Below the pieces are notes generated by a model. That model was not told the origin of the DNA. It did not search any database and saw only the letters and a list, made by a program, of their open reading frames with translations. From Nostoc sp. PCC 7120 = FACHB-418 (GTDB lineage: Bacteria; Cyanobacteriota; Cyanobacteriia; Cyanobacteriales; Nostocaceae), in the NCBI RefSeq assembly GCF_000009705.1, contig NC_003267.1, forward strand, positions 60,001-92,000: a DNA stretch of 32,000 bases, written 5' to 3'. The stretch's first letter is position 1; every line of letters begins with the position of its first letter. This document shows, piece after piece, positions 15,869-24,115 of the stretch. The translations under genes were made by a program, and so were the position numbers.

Positions 15869-17181
15869 GAGAACTCCACAAAAAAGATGATCCAATAGCT
15901 ATGCTGGTTTAGCAAAAATTTCCACAAACCATTTTTTGAGATTGGGGAGGCGGTTAATCTGGGTTTCAATTTCTTCCATAGCTGAAGTTGTAAGTTTAAC
16001 TCCTGTGGAGTAAACTTTTTCTACCAGTGTGACAACCGGATTTTTACCCTTAAATGTGAGAGTTTGGGCGAAATTCAGTACGGTCTCAACGGTGTCAAGT
16101 AAACTACCATTCCAATGCTGTTCTAACCAACCAAAGCAACGTTCTATTGGGTTGTATTTGCTATGATACGGCGGATAATAAGCAAGTTGTAACGTCAGTT
16201 GAGATGATGTGCTAAAATCTACAACCCGCTTCATAAACTGAGTGCGACGAGAATGATTTTCCGGTCCATTATCTTGATTAATTACCAGTTTTTGAATATG
16301 AGCAAATCGGTGTTTGACATTTTGCCACCAGCTTTCAAGCAAGTCAACAATACAATCAGCAGTTAATTTGGAAGAAACGAAAAATAAAAATAACTCGTTG
16401 TACTCAGGTATAAAAATGCCGTAGGGAATCAGAGTCATCTCGGTCGGAAAGTCGTGGTCTAATGAGGTAGTTGGGATTCGAGTTTTACCACCTCGGTCAA
16501 ACTCTCCAATCTTGACTGCCACCTTCGCATCAATGGAGATCCGGAGAGTATGAGGGTCATTATCAGCTTCAGTATTAATTTGCTCGACTTGTTCAAAAAT
16601 GGCTTCTGTTTCTGGAATCTTCTTGATAGGCTTGGTTTTCAGAACTCGTTTTAAGGTATAACCCAAATCATTCAATCGTCGTCGAATTGTCTCTGATGAA
16701 GGTAGTTCTTTGTCACTGTAACCAAATTGTTCAATTAGTTGACGACGTACAACACTTGCCGTCATGCGTGTATATAAGCGTGTACTCTTAAAACTGGGGT
16801 CAGTTTGAGTTTGTGGGTCTACTAACGATTTAATATCCTCCAACAAGTTTGGTAATTTTGTTTCCACCCGCTTACGTCCACTACGCTCAAAACCATCAAT
16901 AAAAGGCTTGCCACTCTCCAACTCCTGCATCCCTTTACGGATAGTACGCCTATTCCATCCCAACTCGCGTTCTACTAAAGTCTGTCCACCAATTCCCAAA
17001 CCTTTGACCACTTCTGCCATGAATTGTCGTCGGTCGCTTCCCTTGAGTTTTTTCGCTGTTTTGATGTAAAGAGATTTTAGGTTCTCTGTGAGTTGAATGA
17101 TAGATTTTGGAGACATGAGGTAGGCTGCACACTGAAATTATCTTTCTCTGATCATAGGATCAATCATTCTGTGCAGTTCTC
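15869..17181 (-). mobile_element. IS630-superfamily / ISAzo13-like insertion sequence nested inside tnpB
   Basis: Terminal inverted repeats are (t)gagaactccacaaaaaagatgatcc at 15868/9 onward, against the reverse complement of 17181 downward, gagaactgcacagaatgattgatcc. It is flanked by TA (or TAT) on both sides (15866-15867 and 17182-17183). About 1.31 kb with a single transposase ORF. Confidence 0.85.
15899..17116 (-). CDS. DDE transposase, IS630 superfamily / ISAzo13-like
   Basis: 405-aa intact ORF with an N-terminal HTH region. DDE-region motifs are ISIDAKVAVKIGEF, VINQDNGPENHS and YYPPYHSKYNPIERCFGWLEQHW. Confidence 0.85.
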   Translation of the reverse strand: MSPKSIIQLTENLKSLYIKTAKKLKGSDRRQFMAEVVKGLGIGGQTLVERELGWNRRTIRKGMQELESGKPFIDGFERSGRKRVETKLPNLLEDIKSLVDPQTQTDPSFKSTRLYTRMTASVVRRQLIEQFGYSDKELPSSETIRRRLNDLGYTLKRVLKTKPIKKIPETEAIFEQVEQINTEADNDPHTLRISIDAKVAVKIGEFDRGGKTRIPTTSLDHDFPTEMTLIPYGIFIPEYNELFLFFVSSKLTADCIVDLLESWWQNVKHRFAHIQKLVINQDNGPENHSRRTQFMKRVVDFSTSSQLTLQLAYYPPYHSKYNPIERCFGWLEQHWNGSLLDTVETVLNFAQTLTFKGKNPVVTLVEKVYSTGVKLTTSAMEEIETQINRLPNLKKWFVEIFAKPA

Positions 17182-18009
17182 TATAACTTACTAATCCGCG
17201 ATTGAACTTTCTTCCATCTCCTAGAAGCTTTCTGTCTTTTCTTGTAATTAGGTGAACGCTTACGACGTTTGGCTTTACTTAATTGTTTGATTTTCTTCTC
17301 TGCATTCCTAAAAAATCTAGGGGCAGAAATTAACCCGTTTTCTTCTCCGTTAGTCCAAGCAATTGCATCATTGCAACCCAAATCAATTGCAACCACACCA
17401 CTATCTGTTTTACGGCTACTTCTCAGCATCTCATCATCTACATCCAAAACTATAGATGCGTACCATTTACCATTGCGGTGAACTATGTCTAGTGCTTTGG
17501 GATGACCCCACAACCTAGACTTACCCCGCATTTGTATAGAACCAATCTTAGCTAGTTCTAGATAGCCGTTATCGCCTGTACTATGACATTTCCATCCTGT
17601 AAAAGATGGGTAGCTCCAACCAGAATAGCGGCGAATTGATTTGAATTTAGGATAACCACCTAGACCTTTGAAGAAACGTTGGAATGCTAAATCAACACGT
17701 TTTAATGTTGATTGCAATGATTGGGAATTTATTTGTTTATATTCAGTCCAAACTTCCTTAAAATCTGGTAGGCAATTTTGTTGATCAAAGTACGAAACTG
17801 ACTTACCAAATTTCTTGTAAGACGTAATTCTATTAGACACTGCGGCATTGTAGAGTTCTTTATGAAGTCTCCGGTGATAGTGCAATAAATCATTCACTTT
17901 CTTGGTTGGATATAACCTAAAAGTTGCTCTACGCAATGCCACTAAATATCACCCCCTGTAGTAATCAAGACTCATGGTATAGTACCATTGGTGAAATTCA
18001 GTTGTCAAC

Positions 18010-18432
18010 ATGAAAACTCAGTTTAGAAAAGCGTCCCATGCTGTTTTTAGCATTCACTTACACGTTGTACTTATTGCCAAATATCGTAAAGAAGTTATTA
18101 CACAGGAAATACTTGTTAAGTTACAAGAAGTATTCAACCGTGTTTGCGAGAAACGTAAATGCTTGCTTACTGAGTTTAGTGGCGAAGACAACCATGTGCA
18201 TTTGTTGATAGACGTGCATCCTGACAACAATATTTCACAGCTAATTGGTTCACTCAAATCAGCATCAAGTCGCATTATTAGAAAAGAGTTTCAAGATTAT
18301 CTAAAACAATATTATTGGAAAGAGAAAGACCCTAGTTTTTGGACTGATGCCTACTCTGTCAATTCAGTGGGTGGCGCACCGCTAGAAATAGTCAAAGAAT
18401 ATATCCGTTCTCAGGACAAACCCGAAAGATAA
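18010..18432 (+). CDS. tnpA: IS200/IS605-family Y1 (HUH) transposase TnpA
   Basis: 140 aa, with HUH motif NHVHLLIDV and catalytic-Tyr region FWTDAYSVNSVGG. This is the typical size and layout. Confidence 0.9.
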   Translation: MKTQFRKASHAVFSIHLHVVLIAKYRKEVITQEILVKLQEVFNRVCEKRKCLLTEFSGEDNHVHLLIDVHPDNNISQLIGSLKSASSRIIRKEFQDYLKQYYWKEKDPSFWTDAYSVNSVGGAPLEIVKEYIRSQDKPER

Positions 18433-18451
18433 TGTTGTCAAAAGCTCAACT

Positions 18452-18495
18452 GTCCCATTGGTTGTTTTACCTGCGGTAAAAATTACCAATGGGAC
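18452..18495. other. Subterminal imperfect palindrome of the IS200/IS605 element (candidate left-end hairpin recognised by TnpA, or tnpA terminator)
   Basis: gtcccattggt (18452-18462) pairs with accaatgggac (18485-18495). An inner stem is ttttac/gtaaaa (18465-18470 and 18476-18481). Confidence 0.6.
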
Positions 18496-18550
18496 GTTTC
18501 GCTTTTGACCCGCTTACATCCCCTCCCTGCTAAAAGCTGAGGAAGGGGAA

Positions 18551-18724
18551 TTACGCGGTTCTTGTTAAATTACGTAACCGAGCTAGAGCATTACTTGTTG
18601 CTGGTTGGCTTAACCCCAATCTGAGAGCGGCGCGAGTGACGTTCTGCTCAGTCATCAGTGCATCAAAAACTACCAGCAAATTTAAATCTATCCCGGCTAA
18701 ATTGATGTGGTGAATATTACTCAT
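18551..18724 (-). pseudogene. LysR-type transcriptional regulator, N-terminal HTH fragment only (truncated at the IS boundary)
   Basis: [53 protein letters not shown] is the canonical LysR wHTH. The frame ends after 57 aa, where the IS200/IS605 end begins. No effector-binding domain is present on the far side of the IS. Confidence 0.75.
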
Positions 18725-18806
18725 ACAAATTATCCATTGGACAAATATATCATCCCTGATCCAGGATGAAATTATCACTGTGGTCGTAATTAGGACAACG
18801 ATTTCC

Positions 18807-19529
18807 ATGAGCAAGCAGATTCTCATGATTGTGGCCAACCCTTCCATTTCAACTACTTTGGGTGTGCCTGTCGGGTTTTGGGCATCAGAACTGATACATC
18901 CTTACGATGTATTTACAAAAGCTGGCTTGCAAGTATTTATTGCTAGTCCCCAAGGGGGCAAAGTGGAATTTGATAATTTCAGCGATCCTCGTGATGCTTC
19001 TGGTTATTCCCAAGATGACACACTGTCACTGGAGTATATTCAGCAACCCAAATTCATGCAATTACTGGAAAATACACCTGCGATCGCCAGCCTCAACCCG
19101 GATGATTTTGATGCAATTGTGGTGTGCGGTGGGCAATCCCCTATGTTTACTTTTCGTCAAAACACCGTTTTGGTGGATCTGTTTCTCAAATTTTACGCAG
19201 ATCACAAACCCAGTGCAGCTTTATGTCACGGTACCTGTTTACTATTAGAAGCTAAGTTAAACAATGGCTCACCTCTGATTCAAGGCAAAACAATGACGGG
19301 GTTTGCTAATAGCGAAGAAGATTATGCGGATCATGTCGTTGGTCAAAAAGTCATGCCATTTCGCATTGAAGACGAAGCCAAAAAGTTAGGTGCTAACTTC
19401 GTCACTAAAGAAGCTTTTGCACCTCATGCTGTCAGAGATGGACATCTGATCACGGGACAACAACAGAACTCTGGGACAGAAACCGCCAAACTCGTCTTAG
19501 ATGCGTTGGGGATTACAGGAGTCTCATAA
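18807..19529 (+). CDS. DJ-1/PfpI-family (class I glutamine amidotransferase-like) protein
   Basis: The ATG at 18807 ([12 protein letters not shown]...) is preferred over the track GTG at 18780. Nucleophile-elbow motif [10 protein letters not shown]. Divergent from the LysR remnant. Confidence 0.75.
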   Translation: MSKQILMIVANPSISTTLGVPVGFWASELIHPYDVFTKAGLQVFIASPQGGKVEFDNFSDPRDASGYSQDDTLSLEYIQQPKFMQLLENTPAIASLNPDDFDAIVVCGGQSPMFTFRQNTVLVDLFLKFYADHKPSAALCHGTCLLLEAKLNNGSPLIQGKTMTGFANSEEDYADHVVGQKVMPFRIEDEAKKLGANFVTKEAFAPHAVRDGHLITGQQQNSGTETAKLVLDALGITGVS

Positions 19530-20164
19530 TGAAGATTGCATTTATCGGTATTGGACAAGTCGGTTCTGCATTAGCTAGTCAATTACTGTCGTTAGACCAC
19601 ACTGTAACTATTGCTGCACGCAACTCTAATTCAGATAGTGTCAAAACGGCTTTAGCTAAATATCCAGAACTACAAGTTTCTTCTCCCCAAGAGGCGATCG
19701 CTCAAGCTGAGGTGATTTTTCTAGCTACCCCGTTTACTGCTAATCAAGCAGCTTTAGCAGAAGTTGGGGATTTATCAGGCAAAATTCTGGTTGATTGCAC
19801 TAATCCTGTAGGGGTAAATCTGACTCACGGACTCAAAAGTGAACAATCCGGTAGTGAACTTGTTCAAAGTTTTGTACCTCATGCCAAAGTAGTCAAAGCA
19901 TTTACGATTTATGGCTTTGAAAACTTTGAACATAATACCTATCCTGGTTATGGCAACCTCAAACCTGCTATGTTAATTGCTGGGAATGATGTCCCCGCAA
20001 AGCAAGTTGTCTCTACTCTCTGCCAACAACTGGGTTGGGAAGCTGTTGATGTGGGCAATCTTTCTATGAGTTTGCATCTAGAACACATGACTCTGCTGTG
20101 GATTAAAATGGCCAGAGTTCAAGGTCGGGGAGCTAATTTTGTGTGGGCGATGCTTCAGAGGTAA
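19529..20164 (+). CDS. NADP-dependent oxidoreductase, NADPH-dependent F420 reductase (NpdG)-like
   Basis: Rossmann N-terminus [19 protein letters not shown]. The start overlaps the upstream stop (TAATG), indicating an operon with the DJ-1-like gene. Confidence 0.7.
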   Translation: MKIAFIGIGQVGSALASQLLSLDHTVTIAARNSNSDSVKTALAKYPELQVSSPQEAIAQAEVIFLATPFTANQAALAEVGDLSGKILVDCTNPVGVNLTHGLKSEQSGSELVQSFVPHAKVVKAFTIYGFENFEHNTYPGYGNLKPAMLIAGNDVPAKQVVSTLCQQLGWEAVDVGNLSMSLHLEHMTLLWIKMARVQGRGANFVWAMLQR

Positions 20165-20212
20165 TTTTGAATTTTGAAATGTTTTGACAATCGTTCCCGC
20201 ATGAATACCTCC

Positions 20213-22258
20213 TCAAGCCGACTGGCTTTGGGTTTGACTGGGAGCTAATCTCAGCATCACTTTGGCCTGTTTACCAAAACCCTGACTAAAAGCTGACTGA
20301 ATTTCTGTGGAATTATAAACTTCTTTCAGCTTTAATTTCAGGTCAGGAACATTTTCAATCTCCAAAGAAATGTTCACGAATTTCGGTGTTGTCTCTACAT
20401 GAAATAATCCCGCATTCTGACTCAAAAATTCGGCTGTTGTCACCGAACATTTAGCTAAGGATTTTTGCCATTCTTGGGCATATTTTCTTTGGAAATAAAC
20501 ATTCCCTAAATTTTCTTTAATTAACGGTGATTGCGGTTGTTGTTTTGGCACTGATTCTTTGCTAGTAGATCCCAGGGTTTGCGGCTTATCTGTTGTGCTT
20601 TTTATCCCTTGTGGATTATCTTGATTCTTTAATTTTCGTTGTTCAATAAAAGACAAAGCTAGCAGTCTATTTTTATGTCTATCTAGTGCTTCTTGATATA
20701 GCTCCCAAGCTTTTTTAGTAATTGCTAATTCAGTGGGTTCAATCATTTTTACTATTGCTCGCCAATCTCCTAAAGTAAACTCTGACATTCTTTCGATAAA
20801 AGTCATGAATATAGCTTTGTAGATTTTGGCAGGTTGAGCATTTTTCAATCTCTGTTCGTACAACATATCGTAGACCATTTCTAGTCTAGTTCCTGACACA
20901 GATAAGTCAATTTCTGTGAGGTCAATATTCAGGCTATGTCTGATGCGAATTCTGTAAGTTTTCTCCAGGATAGGTTCTGTAGTTTCTTTAGTCGTAAACT
21001 CAACTGCTTGACCGCAATTCGGGCAAATGGCTTCGTGGTGTTCAATCAGTAAACCGTCTTCACCGATTTCTCCATCCACAATCGCTAGTTCATGAGACAG
21101 AGGTTTAAAAGCATGGGTGCAATGTGGGCATTGAATTAAACCCAAGGAACTTGAGGCGGTAAGAGTTTTGGCTTCTAAGCTCCATTGACGCTGCTCGTCT
21201 GGGAGTCCGTGCTTTTTCCAGTTGTCTGTTACGTCTATGATCACCGCCGTTGGTTTGAGTGTGTGTGTTCTCAACACCCTTCCTGTCATCTGAAGCCATA
21301 AGGTGGAGCTTTCTGTTGGACGCACACAGTAAATACACTCGATGTTGGGACAATCATATCCTTCTGTTAATATTTCGTAATTAGTAATTACTTGGGTTTC
21401 CCCACCACGGAATCGTTCTAAAATTTGAACTCTTAATTCTGGCGGAGTTTCCCCATCTAAATGTTCGGCTTTAATTCCATTACGGCGAAATTTTGCCGCC
21501 AACGCTCTACTATGTTCTAAACTACAGGCGAATATAACTGTCCGCAAGTTTTTTGCATATTTTAAGTAATTTTGAAATATTTCATCTACCCCGATTTGAC
21601 TGGTGACAGCAACTGCTAGTTCCTTGGCTCTAAAATCCCCGCGAGACTTTTTTACCCCAATAGTAGAAATAGTTTGGTTGGTGGTAAATAATCTAAATTT
21701 ACTTAAATATCCCTCTTTAATTAATGTTGATGTGGATATGCCTACTACTAAATCATCAAATAATTCTTGAAATCCTTGACCGTCGATTCTTTGGGGCGTG
21801 GCAGTTACACCCAATATCTGGGCTTCTTGATAATGTTCTATTAGCCTTCTATATGATGATGCGCTGCTGTGATGTGCTTCATCAAACAGTAATAGTCCGA
21901 TGTTTAATGGTAGTTCTAATATATCTCTTCTGGCTAATGTTTGAATACTAGCTACTTGAATCCTCCGCTCTGGATGCGCCGCACATCCTCCTTTAATTAT
22001 GCCTACTGGTTCCCCTACAATCTGTTCTAACTTTTCGGCGGCTTGAGTAATTAATTCAATGCGGTGGGCGATAACTAATACCTTTTGCTGTTTTTGAAAA
22101 AATTTCTGACAGATATGAGCAAAGCAGATGGTCTTACCTGCTCCTGTGGGTAACTGAGCCAGTACCCTTCTATTTCCTCGTTTCCAAGAGTTCCAAATAT
22201 CCTTTATCCATTGATGCTGATAATTTCTTAGTTCGTAGATGCAGGCTACTTTGGTCAT
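20213..22258 (-). CDS. SF2 DEAH-box helicase (RadD / type III restriction Res-like core) with a Cys4 zinc ribbon and a roughly 240-aa uncharacterised C-terminal extension
   Basis: Motif I LPTGAGKT, motif II LLLFDEAHH, motif III GVTATP, motif VI LQMTGRVLR. The zinc ribbon is CPHC...CPNC. The C-terminal region has no recognisable motif. Confidence 0.8.
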   Translation of the reverse strand: MTKVACIYELRNYQHQWIKDIWNSWKRGNRRVLAQLPTGAGKTICFAHICQKFFQKQQKVLVIAHRIELITQAAEKLEQIVGEPVGIIKGGCAAHPERRIQVASIQTLARRDILELPLNIGLLLFDEAHHSSASSYRRLIEHYQEAQILGVTATPQRIDGQGFQELFDDLVVGISTSTLIKEGYLSKFRLFTTNQTISTIGVKKSRGDFRAKELAVAVTSQIGVDEIFQNYLKYAKNLRTVIFACSLEHSRALAAKFRRNGIKAEHLDGETPPELRVQILERFRGGETQVITNYEILTEGYDCPNIECIYCVRPTESSTLWLQMTGRVLRTHTLKPTAVIIDVTDNWKKHGLPDEQRQWSLEAKTLTASSSLGLIQCPHCTHAFKPLSHELAIVDGEIGEDGLLIEHHEAICPNCGQAVEFTTKETTEPILEKTYRIRIRHSLNIDLTEIDLSVSGTRLEMVYDMLYEQRLKNAQPAKIYKAIFMTFIERMSEFTLGDWRAIVKMIEPTELAITKKAWELYQEALDRHKNRLLALSFIEQRKLKNQDNPQGIKSTTDKPQTLGSTSKESVPKQQPQSPLIKENLGNVYFQRKYAQEWQKSLAKCSVTTAEFLSQNAGLFHVETTPKFVNISLEIENVPDLKLKLKEVYNSTEIQSAFSQGFGKQAKVMLRLAPSQTQSQSA

Positions 22259-22666
22259 AGCTTCAGAAATTAGTTGGATTTTTTACTTACACCAGGCTTG
22301 CTAGATTATAAAATTATTTGGACAAAATATAATAATAATAATTGATAAAATATTTATTATTCGTCAGCCTCCCTTGGAAAAGTTCCAGGTATTTTGAGAG
22401 GTTCTATTAGGCACAGACAAATACTATAAATAGACAATACTAACCGCATCCAATGATGAAAATTTGTCAACGGTTTTTTGATATAATTTTGCTCATTAAT
22501 TAATCTAACTTTAGAAATAACAAATATCTATTGAAAATAACTTTCTTGAGTGGGGTAGCTGTTGGAGAGGGGACAGAAAACTAATAGCAGAACATTCCCA
22601 TTCCACCAGACTCAAGAGCAACTTCCCGAACCCCTCCCTTCTTTGGTCACGCGCTTAGTACCATTC

Positions 22667-22695
22667 TTGACTGGATAATTACTTTATAGTACAAT
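22667..22695 (+). promoter_or_regulatory. Near-consensus sigma70-type promoter (TTGACT, 17 nt spacer, TACAAT)
   Basis: The -35 element TTGACT is at 22667-22672, followed by a 17-nt spacer, then the -10 element TACAAT at 22690-22695. It lies in a 630-bp ORF-free spacer and points toward the 3' end of the 22891 gene. Confidence 0.4.
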
Positions 22696-22701
22696 TATAC
22701 T

Positions 22702-22761
22702 AATAAGTACCTCCTTAGCTGGCCTAGTATCAAGCCCTACCTCTGAGTGGGGTTTATTTTT
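22702..22761 (+). ncRNA. Candidate ~60-nt small RNA bounded by the promoter above and an intrinsic-terminator-like hairpin
   Basis: The predicted TSS is about 7 nt after the -10 element. The stem is ccctac (22735-22740) / gtgggg (22747-22752, one G-U pair), followed by tttattttt (22753-22761). The body contains a CCUCC motif (tacctcctta). Prediction only. Confidence 0.25.
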
Positions 22762-22890
22762 ATCAATATCCTGATTGCCGACTAACAGTTACACCCAAGT
22801 CAACTACTAAAACTAGGTAAAAATCAATGCTTTGTTCATAACAATTGATGTTGTTGTCAATCTGTTTCTGTAGTTGATACTGATAACAGA

Positions 22891-23535
22891 TTATGATGCG
22901 TCAGATATTACTTGACCAATACGCTTGAGAATCTGCAAAATATTGTAGAGTTCTTTGACAGATGTAAACAAAGCAAACACCCGTGACAAGTCATATTGTG
23001 GTGTGCCTGCTTCTCGCTTTACTTTGATAAATAGAACATCGTCCCCATTCGTTACCATCCCAAACACAGGTTTATCTGGTTGAGGGTTAGCCATTAGATA
23101 AGCTAGGGCTTGCGGTACAGCCGACCAAATCGAAAGTGTGGTTTTTTTAGACTCTAATACCATCACCCACAACTGATTTTGTAGTATCAAAACATCAATC
23201 CGACCACGCAGCACTTCCTCGCCATCATCCAGTACTAAATCCACAGATGATTCTGCTTTAATCCTGAATGGTGGATCGTAAAATCCAGACAGTGCTAGTA
23301 ACGGCGACACCACTAGCAACATGACTGTTCCTTCTAATAAATCACCTTCACCACGGTGGTATAGATATCTGCGTCGCAGTACATCCAGGGACGCTTTTTC
23401 TGCTTCCGTAATTTCGGGTAGTTCACTCTTCCACTCTGGGAAAAAATCCTCTGACTCAATGCGGACTAAACCAAAGCGGGTTAGAGCTTCACTCAAACTG
23501 GTAATCGCTTCTGTGATTGCTGTTACCTGTGTCAT
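22891..23535 (-). CDS. PD-(D/E)xK nuclease-fold protein, HsdR N-terminal-domain-like (stand-alone)
   Basis: 214 aa. GRIDVLIL...WVMVLESKK supplies a D...E-x-K signature in the expected strand context. The family is common as solitary genes in cyanobacteria. Confidence 0.6.
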   Translation of the reverse strand: MTQVTAITEAITSLSEALTRFGLVRIESEDFFPEWKSELPEITEAEKASLDVLRRRYLYHRGEGDLLEGTVMLLVVSPLLALSGFYDPPFRIKAESSVDLVLDDGEEVLRGRIDVLILQNQLWVMVLESKKTTLSIWSAVPQALAYLMANPQPDKPVFGMVTNGDDVLFIKVKREAGTPQYDLSRVFALFTSVKELYNILQILKRIGQVISDAS

Positions 23536-23693
23536 TTTTTCTTCGCTGCTAGTGTTCGCTTCTGGCTGACGCTTTGTTTAACTGAATCGACTGGATTTCT
23601 CTTCATGTTTAATCTAATTGTATTACTTTATTACATTCGGCTAAATTTCTGGGCGATGAACTCCGGTTGATCGTAGACCATCGCTTTGCTGGC

Positions 23694-23784
23694 ATCTATT
23701 GCCCGTCCCTGACACCACCTGCTTTAGACTCCCAGTTCTTCACTGAGTTGTTAACTGTCCATAAAGAGTCGCCTAATCTGGACA
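23694..23784. repeat. Structured intergenic element, copy B (direct repeat of 5289-5387)
   Basis: atctattgcccgtccctgacaccacctgcttta matches copy A at 32 of 34 positions. ccagttcttcactgagttgttaactgtcc matches at 26 of 29. The gcctaatctggaca block also matches. Same orientation as copy A, 18,405 bp away. Confidence 0.7.
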
Positions 23785-23972
23785 GTACGCTAAACCCTTA
23801 ATGAATACCCAACCGCCAGACTCATCAGGTAATATGCGAGTGCAAGAAAGCTTTTAAGGGTAATTTTTCCGAAATGAGATAATGTAGTAATGTAGATTAT
23901 TTTTGTAGTATAAGAGCGGGGAAAAAAGATGAGTGTCTTTCTAGCTGTCCGGGTTCTCTTCAAACAAACCAA

Positions 23973-24083
23973 CACAAGGCGCACAGATTTGCATTCAGTC
24001 CTCCATTTACAGGAATGATACTCGAATTAACAGACACTAACTGCCTTCTGCTATAAAAAGTGTCCGCCTCTGTGCGCCTTGTG
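23973..24083. repeat. Perfect 14-bp inverted repeat (cacaaggcgcacag / ctgtgcgccttgtg) with an 83-nt spacer, upstream of rsgA
   Basis: 23973-23986 is the exact reverse complement of 24070-24083. The right arm ends 32 nt before the rsgA ATG. Confidence 0.8.
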
Positions 24084-24115
24084 CATAGCAAGCAGCACAC
24101 ATCGAGGAAATATCA

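Larger units (their letters stand above)
15304..17942 (-). pseudogene. tnpB: tnpB (IS605 OrfB/RNA-guided nuclease family) split by an IS insertion
   Basis: The N-terminal part, 17942-17184, ends ...VQSRISKL. The C-terminal part, 15867-15304, starts YRKVANQRQNWVHQ. The RuvC triad is VVAIDLGCN, VVTEQLEVKNM and QQRDIASGE, with zinc finger CPKCGH..CSNCNY. Removing the insert restores one 440-aa frame. Confidence 0.85.
15100..18550 (-). mobile_element. IS200/IS605-family element with divergent tnpA and tnpB, carrying a nested IS (outer ends approximate)
   Basis: A Y1/HUH tnpA (18010-18432) is divergent from tnpB (17942-15304). There is a long subterminal hairpin beyond tnpA (18452-18495) and a hairpin at the tnpB stop (15297-15323). 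The element abuts a truncated LysR gene at about 18551. Confidence 0.7.

Noticed and set aside
15869-15969. N-terminal 34 codons of track ORF 15304..15969 (MKPRLTASPISKNGLWKFLLNQHSYWIIFFVEFS)
   Set aside because: These codons read out of the inverted repeat of the nested IS into tnpB. They are a fusion artefact of the insertion, not native tnpB sequence.
18725-18847. The first 41 codons of track ORF 18551..18847, and track ORF 18907..19248
   Set aside because: The LysR HTH begins at the ATG at 18724, and the upstream extension overlaps the divergent DJ-1 gene start. ORF 18907..19248 is an out-of-frame overlap inside the DJ-1-like CDS.
5289-23784. The 91-99 bp repeat pair as the template/variable repeats of a diversity-generating retroelement
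   Set aside because: The differences between copies are C/T and G/A transitions plus an indel, not adenine-specific. Neither copy lies inside a coding region, and there is no reverse transcriptase in the window.
23790-23984. Track ORF 23790..23984 (64 aa, - strand)
   Set aside because: It lies in an AT-rich intergenic region and overlaps the end of repeat copy B and the 14-bp inverted repeat. It has no ribosome-binding site and implausible composition.
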